DNA of 64,000 nt, from the NCBI GenBank assembly GCA_965223905.1, contig CBDCXV010000001.1:704001-768000 (forward strand). Reading direction: 5' to 3'. The notes below the pieces were generated by a model that saw only the letters and a program-made list of their open reading frames with translations, ran no database searches and was not told the DNA's origin. The translations under genes and the position numbers were made by a program. Below are positions 44,945 to 53,834 of this stretch, piece after piece. Numbering within the stretch: the first letter of the stretch is position 1; each line of letters opens with the position of its first letter. The stretch is from Candidatus Latescibacterota bacterium. GTDB lineage: Bacteria; Latescibacterota; UBA2968; UBA8231.

Positions 44945-46881
44945 GGCGACTCCTCCTTCAGGACCGACCCGGTCGCCAGGGTCATCATCTTCTGAATCGT
45001 CCCCACCACCCGTTGCGGGTCCTCGACGGTGCCCTCGGCGATCAGCACGTAGTCCACCAGGAAAGAGGCCCATTCCCGCAGCTCATCCGACTCCCGATGC
45101 TTCAGCAGCATCTCCCCCAGGTTGGCGATCGCCGGGTGGCGCGGGTTGATCTCGAGTACCCGCTTGGAGGGGGAGAAGCTGTCGTCGGCCATCTGCATCA
45201 TCCGCTCCATCGTCTGGCTCATCCCGCCCCTGGGGGTGACCAGCACGCAGGGGCTGTCGGTCAGGCGCTGCGACTCCTTGACGTCGCCGACGCGGTTCCC
45301 CAGCTCCTTCTTGAGGAAGCTGACCAGCTCGATGGTCCGCTCCCTGTTCTCCTCCACCCCTTCGAGCTTCACCTCTTCGGACAGCTCGAGATCTTCGGCG
45401 TCGACCGCTTGGAACTTTTTACCGTCGAACTCCTGCAGCGAGCCGACCACCCACTCGTCGACCGGGTCGGTCATGTACACGACCTCGAGGTCGCGCTTGC
45501 GGAAAGCCTCCAGCAGCGGGCTCTGCTCCACCGCCTCGCGGCTCTCGCCGCTCAGGTAGTAGATCACCTCCTGGTCGGAGGCCATGCGGTCGACGTAGTC
45601 CTGCAGGGAGATCAGGCCCTCCCCTTTGTCGTCGCCGTCGCCGTCGGCGAGCTTCTGCGAGAAGCTGCTGTAGTAACGCGCCAGCCTGGCGATCTGCTCC
45701 TTGTTCTCGAAGTCGCGGGCGACGCCCTCCTTCAGCACCATGCCGCAGGAGTTCCAGAACGCGAGGTAATCCTCCGGCTTGTTCTTCGCCATGTTCTCGA
45801 GCAGCGCCAGTATGCGGCGCACCAGCGTCTGCCGGATCCGGGCGACGACGGGATTGTTCTGCAGCGACTCGCGGGCGACGTTGAGAGGCAGGTCGTCGCA
45901 GTCGACGACGCCGCGGACGAAGCGCAGGTACAGGGGCAGCAGGTCGTTGCAGTCGTCCTGGATGAACACGCGCCGTACGTGCAGGTTGACGGAGACCTTC
46001 GGCTCCGGCGCGAACAGCATCTCGAGCGGCGACTGCCTGGGGATGTAGAGGATGGCGTAGAACTGGATCGGTACGTCGACGGCGACGTGCTCCCAGGTGA
46101 TCGGCTCCTGGTGGTCGCCGGTCAGGTGGGTGTAGAACTCCTTGTACTGCTCGTCGGTGATCTCGCTGCGCCCCCGCGCCCACAGGGCCGAGGCCTCGTT
46201 CGCCTGCTTGCCGGCGACCTTGATCGGGTAGGCGACGAAGTCGGAGTGCTTGTGGATGACCGCCTCGAGCCGGTGGGCGTCGAGGTACTCCTCGCAGTCG
46301 CCGCGCACGTACACCTTGATTTCGGTGCCGCGGTCCTTCTTGTCCCCCGTGGTGGCGATGGTGTAGCTGCCGCTTCCGGTCGATTCCCAGATCACCGCCT
46401 CCGCTTCCGGATCGGCCGAGCGGGTGGTCACCACCACCCGCTCCGCAACCATGAAGACCGAGTAGAAGCCGACGCCGAACTGGCCGATCAGCTGCAGCTT
46501 GTCCTTGTCGTCATCGCTTTCTCCCAGTTCCCTGATGAACTCCGCGGAACCGGAGCGGGCGATGGTGCCGAGGTTGGCGGCGACCTCGTCACGGATCATG
46601 CCGATGCCGGTATCCCTTATCGTCAGGGTCCTGGCGCCGGCGTCGACCGACAGCTCGATCTCCAACTCGGCGTCGGCGTCGACGACGGTGCGGTCGGTCA
46701 GCGAGCGAAAGCGGATCTTGTCGAGAGCGTCGGAAGCGTTGGAGATCAGCTCCCTGAGGAACACGTCCTTGTCGGTGTACAGGGAGTGGATGAGGATGCG
46801 GAGGACCTGCTGCACCTCGGTCTCGAACGGGCGCTCCTCGACGTTGGCGTCCTGCGCCGATACAGTGCTGTTCTCGGACAT
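44941..46881 (-). CDS. htpG: Molecular chaperone HtpG (Hsp90)
   Basis: FLRELISNASDALDK, DTGIGM, NLGTIARSG, LIGQFGVGFYS, LPLNVARE.LQ, LEINP.H. Confidence 0.97.
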   Translation of the reverse strand: MSENSTVSAQDANVEERPFETEVQQVLRILIHSLYTDKDVFLRELISNASDALDKIRFRSLTDRTVVDADAELEIELSVDAGARTLTIRDTGIGMIRDEVAANLGTIARSGSAEFIRELGESDDDKDKLQLIGQFGVGFYSVFMVAERVVVTTRSADPEAEAVIWESTGSGSYTIATTGDKKDRGTEIKVYVRGDCEEYLDAHRLEAVIHKHSDFVAYPIKVAGKQANEASALWARGRSEITDEQYKEFYTHLTGDHQEPITWEHVAVDVPIQFYAILYIPRQSPLEMLFAPEPKVSVNLHVRRVFIQDDCNDLLPLYLRFVRGVVDCDDLPLNVARESLQNNPVVARIRQTLVRRILALLENMAKNKPEDYLAFWNSCGMVLKEGVARDFENKEQIARLARYYSSFSQKLADGDGDDKGEGLISLQDYVDRMASDQEVIYYLSGESREAVEQSPLLEAFRKRDLEVVYMTDPVDEWVVGSLQEFDGKKFQAVDAEDLELSEEVKLEGVEENRERTIELVSFLKKELGNRVGDVKESQRLTDSPCVLVTPRGGMSQTMERMMQMADDSFSPSKRVLEINPRHPAIANLGEMLLKHRESDELREWASFLVDYVLIAEGTVEDPQRVVGTIQKMMTLATGSVLKEESP

Positions 46882-47127
46882 TCTTCGATTCGGCTCCGTG
46901 AAGCTGTTGAGCGGGTATTCAGGTTGGCGGTTCGTGGCCCGGCAAAGAGGAAAAATGTACGAAACGGCGGCCTCTCCGCAAATGCCGAACTGCTGTATCT
47001 CCTTGATCTGCTCGCAGTTAGCGCCGCAGAGAAGCCGGGCTGGGGATCGGCGCCGGGGCCCACGCGGTCACCTGCGTCGAGGACCTCGAGGAGGTTCCAC
47101 CGGACCTTTGCAGGAAGGTTGCCCGAC

Positions 47128-47901
47128 TCAGGGGAACCCGCCAAGACCCAGCTTCAAGGCCGCGGCCCGCGACAGCAGTCCGATCGCCCCGCCGAAGAGG
47201 TTGCCCCAGACTATCAGCCAGCCCAGGTGCTCGCGGATCACCTCCTCCATCATCCTCTTCACCGTCTCCGGGCTGAGCTCCTCGAGCTTGGTGCGCAGCA
47301 GCTCGTCGACCCGGGCCCGCAGCGCCGGGATGTCGATGCCGCCGCCGATCATCTTCCGCAACTGCGGCTCGATGTCGGCCAGCAGACCGGTGGTGAACTG
47401 GATGACGATGGTGCGCAGGATGTCGTTGCCCACCATCCTGATCATCATGCCGAACGGCCCCTCCTTGAGCTTGTCGATTTCGCGGTCGATCGCCTCCCGC
47501 GCTTCCTCCGACTCGGCGAACTCGGCGAACCGGGCCGCGAGATCCGGAGCGGCTCCCAGGCCTCCGCCCTGCTCGCTGAAGAACCGGCGCAGGTACTCCT
47601 CGTCGAAGAAGTGCGCCATTATCAGGTCCTTGATGGCGGCGCGGATTTCGCGGAAGCGGCTGGGAATGACTCCCGACCCCCACAGCAGGGGCACCTTGTC
47701 GAAGAGCATCTTGACGGCCAGCCAGTTGGTGATGCCGCCGGCGAACCCGAACAGCCCCGCCGCCAGGATCCAGGGTCCGAGCGCGGTCCAGGCGGAGGCC
47801 CCGGCCCCCGCCGCGGCGTCGCTGCTGGCGACGACCCCGGCGACCAGCAGGGCAAACGATGCGAGGTTGCTTGCCCGCCCTTTCTCGATGCCTATCCTCA
47901 T
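47128..47901 (-). CDS. DUF445-family membrane protein
   Basis: GLFGFAGGITNWLAVKMLFDKVP...GSGVIP and C-terminal HLGWLIVWGNLFGGAIG. ATG 47901 overlaps the ddl stop. Confidence 0.82.
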   Translation of the reverse strand: MRIGIEKGRASNLASFALLVAGVVASSDAAAGAGASAWTALGPWILAAGLFGFAGGITNWLAVKMLFDKVPLLWGSGVIPSRFREIRAAIKDLIMAHFFDEEYLRRFFSEQGGGLGAAPDLAARFAEFAESEEAREAIDREIDKLKEGPFGMMIRMVGNDILRTIVIQFTTGLLADIEPQLRKMIGGGIDIPALRARVDELLRTKLEELSPETVKRMMEEVIREHLGWLIVWGNLFGGAIGLLSRAAALKLGLGGFP

Positions 47902-48998
47902 CGCAGGGTGGTCGTGTTCCGCCGGTCCCCGTGGCGCTCCAGGGCCAGCTCGATCAGCCGGTCGATCAGCTCGGAGTAGCCGATGCCGCTCGCCTCCCAG
48001 AGCTTGGGATACATGCTGATCTCCGTAAAACCTGGCAGGGTGTTGATTTCGTTGACCAGCACCGTTTCCTCGGGGCCGGAAACAAAGAAGTCGACTCTCG
48101 CCAGGCCGGAAGCGTCGATCGCCAGGAAAGCCCGCCGCGCCACCTCGCGCACCCGCGCCTCGGTCTCCGGTCCGAGATCGGCCGGGATGATCAGCTCGGA
48201 GCTGTCGTCGATGTACTTGGCCTCGTAGTCGTAGAACTCGTTGCCCGGAACGACCTCGCCGATCGCGGAGATCACCGGGTCCTCGTAACCGAGCACGGAG
48301 CACTCGACCTCGCGGCAGTTCTCGATTCCCGCCTCGATGAGGATCTTGCGGTCGTAGCGGGCCGCTTCCTCCATCGCCGGGGCGAACCCGGCGCCGTCGT
48401 GGACCTTCGATATGCCGACGCTCGATCCCATGTTCGCCGGCTTTACGAACACGGGCCAGGACAACTCCCGCTCGACCTCCTCCTGGACCTCCTGCGGCTG
48501 CGAGCGCCAGCGGCTGCGCAACACGGAGACGTACTCCCCTTGCGGCAGTCCCTCGGCCCGGAACACCCGCTTCATCATCTCCTTGTCCAGGCCGACCGCG
48601 GAACCGAGCACCCCGGAGCCGACATAGGCGATGCCGGCCAGCTCCAGCAGGCCTTGCACGGTGCCGTCCTCGCCGTAGGGGCCGTGCAGAATCGGGAAGA
48701 TGACGTCGACCGGGCCTGCGGATCCGAAGCCGGCCTGGTTGCGCATCATCAGCTCTCCGCCGTCGTGGTGGTCGAGGACGAGCGGGGCCAGGCCGGTCCG
48801 GTTCACCGCTCCTTCCTCCAGCACCTTGACGGCGTCTCCGGCGGCGAGCCAGCGCCCGTCCCGGTCGATGCCGATCATCGTCACGTCGTACTTGCCGCGG
48901 TCCAGCGCCTCGAGAACCGAGCGGGCCGAGCGCACCGACACCTCGTGCTCTGCCGAGCGTCCCCCGAACAGGATTCCGACGCGGATTTTGTCGCCCAA
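47898..48998 (-). CDS. ddl: D-alanine--D-alanine ligase
   Basis: GGRSAEHEVS, LHGPYGEDGTVQG, FVKPANMGSSVGI, FYDYEAKY, NEINTLPGFT..S.YP. Probable TTG start at 48998. Confidence 0.96.
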   Translation of the reverse strand: MGDKIRVGILFGGRSAEHEVSVRSARSVLEALDRGKYDVTMIGIDRDGRWLAAGDAVKVLEEGAVNRTGLAPLVLDHHDGGELMMRNQAGFGSAGPVDVIFPILHGPYGEDGTVQGLLELAGIAYVGSGVLGSAVGLDKEMMKRVFRAEGLPQGEYVSVLRSRWRSQPQEVQEEVERELSWPVFVKPANMGSSVGISKVHDGAGFAPAMEEAARYDRKILIEAGIENCREVECSVLGYEDPVISAIGEVVPGNEFYDYEAKYIDDSSELIIPADLGPETEARVREVARRAFLAIDASGLARVDFFVSGPEETVLVNEINTLPGFTEISMYPKLWEASGIGYSELIDRLIELALERHGDRRNTTTLR

Positions 48999-49134
48999 CG
49001 GTAGCTTCCTTTCCTTCTTTCGACCGGGTCTGACACAGGTGCCCGGGCGCTTTTCCAAATATAGGGGAACGGTGTTTTTCCCTGCCGCCGCCGACCGGAC
49101 CGCGGCGGTTTCCAGCCGGAGGTTTGTCACCCCC

Positions 49135-49584
49135 ATGGCCGAGTGCCTGTTCTGCGATATTGTCGGCGGCCGGCTCGATGCCGAGATCGTCTACGAGGAC
49201 GAGGCCGCCGTCGCCTTCCTCGACCACCGGCCCCTGTTCCCGGGCCACGTGCTGGTGTCGCCGCGCCAACACTGCGAGACGCTTCCCGACCTGCCGGCGA
49301 TGCGCCTCGCCCCCCTCTTCGCCGCGGTGCAGCTGCTGGCGCGCGCCGTGGAACGCGGCCTCGACGCCGGCGGCAGCTTCGTGGCGATCAACAACAGGGT
49401 CAGCCAGAGCGTGCCCCACCTGCACGTGCACGTAGTGCCCCGTACCCGTGGAGACGGCCTGCGCGGCTTCTTCTGGCCGCGCCGTCCCTACGAGGATGAC
49501 GAACACGCCGCGGCCGTGGCCGCGCGCCTGCGGGCCGCCGTTGCCGAGCTGCAGGCGGATACCGAAAGGGAAGGGGGAGGATGA
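49135..49584 (+). CDS. HIT-family nucleotide hydrolase
   Basis: CLFCDI, AFLD..P..PGHVLV.P..H, and the histidine triad QSVPHLHVHVVPR. Confidence 0.92.
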   Translation: MAECLFCDIVGGRLDAEIVYEDEAAVAFLDHRPLFPGHVLVSPRQHCETLPDLPAMRLAPLFAAVQLLARAVERGLDAGGSFVAINNRVSQSVPHLHVHVVPRTRGDGLRGFFWPRRPYEDDEHAAAVAARLRAAVAELQADTEREGGG

Positions 49585-50378
49585 TCCGCTACAGCTACAT
49601 GATCGTCGATCCGGTTTCGGCGTTTGCCGATGAAGAGCTTCGCCGGCTCTTCGACTTCTTGCGAGCCTGCGGCTACGAAGGGGTCGAGCTCAACTACTCC
49701 AGGGAGCTGGGGGCCACGCTCGACCGCGTCCGCAGACATGCCGGGGAATCAGGCCTCGAGATCCCGTCGATCCTGACCGGCAGGGGGTACGGGGAGGGGT
49801 TCTGCCTGTGCCATCCCGAAGCAGCGGTCCGCGCCGCCGCGGTCGCCTACCTGGTCGAGCTGCTCGATGTCGCCGTCGAGTGCGGCTCGATCCTGGTGAT
49901 CGGCCTGCTCCAGGGGCTGCGCAGCGACGAGCCCGACGCGGAAGTCGCTCAGGTCCGCATCGCCGGCTGCCTGCGGGAGGTCGCCGACGCGGCCGAGGAG
50001 AAGGGGGTCGAGCTGGTCATCGAGCCGATCAACCACCTTCAGGTCGGCTTCAACAACTCGGTCGCCGAGGTCCGCGCCCTCGCCTCCGGGGTCGCCTCGC
50101 CGGCGCTCGGTCCGATGGTCGACACGATCCACATGAACATCGAGGACCCCTCCCTGACGCAGCCGATCCGCGACTGCGGCCCCGACCTCAGGCACGTCCA
50201 TCTCTGCGAGAGCAACGGGGGGCTGTTCGGAAGCGGCAACATCGACTTCGGGCCGGTCCTGAAGGCGCTCGACGAGATCGGTTACGGCCGCTTCGCCTCG
50301 GTCAAGGTCTACCGCAACGCCACCCACCGGGAGGCGGCGCGAACCAGCATCGACCACCTCCGCCGGCTCCGCGACTGA
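49581..50378 (+). CDS. Sugar phosphate isomerase/epimerase (xylose isomerase-like TIM barrel)
   Basis: GYEGVEL, LVIEPINH, DTIHMNIE, HVHLCESN, GSGNIDF. Confidence 0.85.
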   Translation: MIRYSYMIVDPVSAFADEELRRLFDFLRACGYEGVELNYSRELGATLDRVRRHAGESGLEIPSILTGRGYGEGFCLCHPEAAVRAAAVAYLVELLDVAVECGSILVIGLLQGLRSDEPDAEVAQVRIAGCLREVADAAEEKGVELVIEPINHLQVGFNNSVAEVRALASGVASPALGPMVDTIHMNIEDPSLTQPIRDCGPDLRHVHLCESNGGLFGSGNIDFGPVLKALDEIGYGRFASVKVYRNATHREAARTSIDHLRRLRD

Positions 50379-50569
50379 GCCCGGTGGAGCCGCCGCGGCA
50401 GTTGGTGTGAGCCGTCCGAATCGGTTACTGTTGTGCCTGCCTTAAGGGGCCGGTTGCTCCGCCACAGCAGCCGGCCGCGGGAGCGGCGACGGCTCGCAAG
50501 CCGCCCGGTTTCGTCCGGCTCCGGCCGGCAGCCCAACCACGGAACTCGGAATAACCAGGAGTAAGCAGA

Positions 50570-51649
50570 ATGGCCCGGGATTGGCTCCTTTTCGTCGGCA
50601 CCTACACCCACGACACCGACAGCAAGGGGATCTACACCTACCGCTTCGACGAGGAGAGCGGCGCCGTCGAGGCCACCGGCGAGGTCGCCGAGGTGGCCAA
50701 TCCCTCTTTCCTGGCGCTCGACCCGGAGTACCGCTGCCTCTACGCGATCGCCGAAGTCAGCGAGTTCGAGGGCACCCCCGGCGGCGGGGCTCTCGCCTAT
50801 TCCATCGACCCCGCCTCCGGCGCCCTGACCCCGATCAACCACCAGTCCACCGTCGGCCCCGGCCCCTGCCACCTCGTCGTCGAGGCCAGCGGCCGCTACG
50901 TGCTCGCCGCCAACTACGGGGGCGGCAGCGTGGCGATGCTCCCGGTACGGGAGGACGGCGGTCTCGGCCCGGCCAGCGACTTCGTGCAGCACGAGGGCTC
51001 CAGCATCGACCCGGACCGGCAGCAGGAGCCGCACGCGCACTCGATCTTCAACGACCCGGGCAACGCCCACGCGTACGTCCCCGACCTCGGCATCGACAAG
51101 GTGCTCGTCTACGATCTCGACCTCGACGCCGGACGCCTGGTCCCCGGCGGCCACCACGGCGCCGTCCCCCCGGGGTCCGGGCCCCGGCATTTCGACTTCC
51201 ACCCCAACGGCAGGTTCGCCTACGCGATCAACGAGCTGTCGAACACCGTCACCGTCTACGACTACGATGCCGGCAGCGGCCGTATCGACGCGATCGAGAC
51301 GGTATCGACCCTGCCCCGGGACTTCGCCGGCACCAGCTACACCGCGGACATGCACGTCACCGCGTCCGGCCGCTTTCTCTACGGCTCCAACCGCGGCCAC
51401 GACAGTCTGGCCATGTTCGCCATCGACCAGGATAGCGGCCGGCTCGAGTTCATCGGAACCGAGCCGACCCAGGGCTCCAACCCGCGCAACTTCGCCATCG
51501 ACCCGACCGACCGCTTCGTCCTGGCCGCCAACCACTACGGCGACAACATCGTCACCTTCCGCATCGACCAGGAGTCGGGAAGGCTCGATCCGACCGGGGA
51601 TCCGGCCTATGCCCCGACCCCCGTCTGCCTGAAATTCATGCCGGTGTAG
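50570..51649 (+). CDS. pgl: 6-phosphogluconolactonase-type lactonase (beta-propeller)
   Basis: FVGTYT, NPSFLA, ANYGGGSV, RQQEPHAHS, PDLGID, GSGPRH, INELSNT, SNRGHDS, PRNF. Confidence 0.88.
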   Translation: MARDWLLFVGTYTHDTDSKGIYTYRFDEESGAVEATGEVAEVANPSFLALDPEYRCLYAIAEVSEFEGTPGGGALAYSIDPASGALTPINHQSTVGPGPCHLVVEASGRYVLAANYGGGSVAMLPVREDGGLGPASDFVQHEGSSIDPDRQQEPHAHSIFNDPGNAHAYVPDLGIDKVLVYDLDLDAGRLVPGGHHGAVPPGSGPRHFDFHPNGRFAYAINELSNTVTVYDYDAGSGRIDAIETVSTLPRDFAGTSYTADMHVTASGRFLYGSNRGHDSLAMFAIDQDSGRLEFIGTEPTQGSNPRNFAIDPTDRFVLAANHYGDNIVTFRIDQESGRLDPTGDPAYAPTPVCLKFMPV

Positions 51650-51674
51650 ACGACCCCGCTACAGGAGGCCGACC

Positions 51675-51998
51675 ATGGCACCCACCTATGACGAGTTGCA
51701 CGCCATGACCGTGGCGCAGTTGCGCAAGGTCGCCGACGACATCGAGGACGAGCGCCTGCAGGGCCACAACACCATGCACCAGGAGCCGTTGCTGAAGGCC
51801 CTGTGCGAGGTTCTCGGAATCGAGGCCCACGTCCATCACGAGGTCGTCGGCATCGACAAGACCGCCATCAAGAGGCAGATCAGGGCGCTCAAGGTCGAGC
51901 GGGACGCCGCCATGCAGGCCAGGGACAAGAAGAAGCTGAAGGAAGTGCGCAAGAAGATTCATCGACTCAAGCACAGGATTCACAAGGCCACCGTCTGA
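51675..51998 (+). CDS. Small basic protein with Rho-N-like helical N-terminus
   Basis: SD AGGAGG; ELHAMTVAQLRKVA...G...M....LL.AL pattern; Lys/Arg-rich C-terminal helix. Confidence 0.7.
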   Translation: MAPTYDELHAMTVAQLRKVADDIEDERLQGHNTMHQEPLLKALCEVLGIEAHVHHEVVGIDKTAIKRQIRALKVERDAAMQARDKKKLKEVRKKIHRLKHRIHKATV

Positions 51999-52033
51999 TC
52001 CGCCGCAAGCGGACGTATCGAGGAGAGCGACCT

Positions 52034-52819
52034 ATCAGACCGAACAAGCTCCGCCAGCTGCTCAACGAGGACAAACCTACCCTCGGCACCCACATCCACT
52101 CGACCTGGCCGTCGATCGTCGAGGCGGTCGGCCACGCCGGTCATTACGACTACGTCGAATTCGTCGCCGAGTACGGCCCCTTCGATCTCTACGCCTTCGA
52201 CGATCTCGCCCGCGCCGCCGAGCTCCACGGCCTCGACAGCATGGTCAAGGTCGACCAGGAGCCGCGTGGATTCATCGCCCAGCGAGCCATCGGCTCCGGG
52301 TTCGGATCGGTGCTGTTCGCCGACTGCCAGAACACCGACGACATCAGGGAGTGCGTGAAGATCGCGCGCCCCGACACCCCGGAGGACAAGGGCAGCTACG
52401 GGGTCGCCACCCGGCGCTTCTCCTACATGGGGTACGGCGGCGGCCCCGAATACGTCGAGGCGCTGCGGCAGATCGTCGTCGTCATCATGATCGAGAAGGC
52501 CGGCACCGTCGCCAACCTCGAGGAGGCGCTCTCCGTGGAAGGGGTCGACATGATCCAGTGGGGCGGCGGGGACTACTCGATGAGCGTCGGCAAGGCGGGG
52601 GAGCGGGGCTCGCCGGAGATCATGGCGACCGAGAAGAGGGTGTTCGAGACCGCGCTGCAGATGGGGGTGCCGCCGCGCGCCGAGGTCAACAGCATCGACG
52701 ACGCCAGGTACTACCTCGACATGGGCGTCAAGCACTTCTGCATCGGCACCGACATCGCCATCCTCCACGACTGGTGGACGAAGAACGGCGACGACTTCCG
52801 CAAGGCCATCGGAAGCTGA
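52034..52819 (+). CDS. HpcH/HpaI aldolase-family protein (start codon reads ATC)
   Basis: RPNKLRQLL...PTLGTH, DYVEFVAEYGP, VIMIEK, GVDMIQWG..DYSMSVG. SD GAGGAG lies 8 nt before ATC 52034, and there is no ATG at the expected position. Confidence 0.85.
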   Translation: MRPNKLRQLLNEDKPTLGTHIHSTWPSIVEAVGHAGHYDYVEFVAEYGPFDLYAFDDLARAAELHGLDSMVKVDQEPRGFIAQRAIGSGFGSVLFADCQNTDDIRECVKIARPDTPEDKGSYGVATRRFSYMGYGGGPEYVEALRQIVVVIMIEKAGTVANLEEALSVEGVDMIQWGGGDYSMSVGKAGERGSPEIMATEKRVFETALQMGVPPRAEVNSIDDARYYLDMGVKHFCIGTDIAILHDWWTKNGDDFRKAIGS

Positions 52820-52926
52820 GCATCGTTTCAACGCACCGGGGCGGCTTCTGAAGGGGGCCGCCCCGGACTCCGGGAACCTTCCACCGCCCCCCCCGGTCCA
52901 AGCAGCACTCCCGCCTCATCCCCTTC

Positions 52927-53598
52927 TCAGTCCAGCAGCTCGATCCTCTCCGAGGCGCCGTCTCTCAGCACGCAGAGCAGCAACTCCCCCGAGCCGACCA
53001 CGATTTCCACCGGGTCGGAGACCACCTCGTTCGAGATGCCGCCGCGTTCCCCGGGAACCAGGTCCTCCCCCTGCAGCGGCCACTTCAGCCCGGAGGTCGA
53101 GACTAGATTGGCCGGGCCGTCGAGCGGGCACAGCGAAATTTTCTGGCCCGCGCGCGCCCGGAAACGGATGCGCGATCCGACCCTGCGCAGCTCGCAGTAG
53201 TCGTCGACGAAACGCAGTTCCATCTTTTCTCCATACCGCTTGAGCAGACTGAGGTTCCAGAGCGTGTGATCGGTGCGGCGGCCGGTGAACCCGAGCAGCG
53301 CCGCGGACTTCACGCCCAGGGCCCGGGCATGCTCGAGCACCTTCTGCAGATCCGTGGTCTCCTGCTCGGCGACGGCGATCACCCGCCCTACCGGGAGCGC
53401 CGCACGCGCTGCAGGGCTGACCGAATCGAGGTCCCCCACCAGGAAATCCGGCTCGAAGCCGGCCTTCAAAACGGCGTCGGCGCCGCTGTCGGCGCACAGC
53501 AGCCGCGGCCGCGGCCGCCTGTCCATCTCCGCCTCGAGCAGCGCCCGGGAAGGGGGCTCGCCCCCTCCGACGATGACGGCGTGGGCTGCCTCAGGCAT
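52927..53598 (-). CDS. thiN: Thiamine diphosphokinase
   Basis: CADSGAD, PDFLVGDLDSV, QETTDLQK, G.RTDHTL.N, TSGLKWPL, GISNE; ATG 53598. Confidence 0.93.
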   Translation of the reverse strand: MPEAAHAVIVGGGEPPSRALLEAEMDRRPRPRLLCADSGADAVLKAGFEPDFLVGDLDSVSPAARAALPVGRVIAVAEQETTDLQKVLEHARALGVKSAALLGFTGRRTDHTLWNLSLLKRYGEKMELRFVDDYCELRRVGSRIRFRARAGQKISLCPLDGPANLVSTSGLKWPLQGEDLVPGERGGISNEVVSDPVEIVVGSGELLLCVLRDGASERIELLD

Positions 53599-53834
53599 GG
53601 GGTTTCCCGCCAAGCGGGGGAAAGCACCGGTCCCGTCTCTGGACCCCGGGGTACCAGCGCCGGGGGATCCCGGCGTGGATCCGCGGCCTGCCGTTCTTCG
53701 CAACGGCCGCCCGGGGGCTTGCGGTCCGTCTGGAGGGGAGCTGCCGAAGCTGCCTCTCGTCGTGGGACGTATCCCACCGCTGCCGGCTGGCCGCGGGCCG
53801 GCTGGCGTCGTGACGACGGCAGAATCCCTTCGAT

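Noticed and set aside
44866-47979. 1037-aa plus-strand ORF and similar long antisense ORFs (e.g. 28957-30882, 18768-20735, 21033-23222, 61943-63553)
   Set aside because: These are shadow ORFs opposite well-conserved genes, caused by stop-codon scarcity in high-GC, codon-biased DNA.
47128-49506. 792-aa minus-strand ORF
   Set aside because: Only the last 257 aa (DUF445-like) look real. The rest is an alternative frame over ddl and antisense to the HIT gene.
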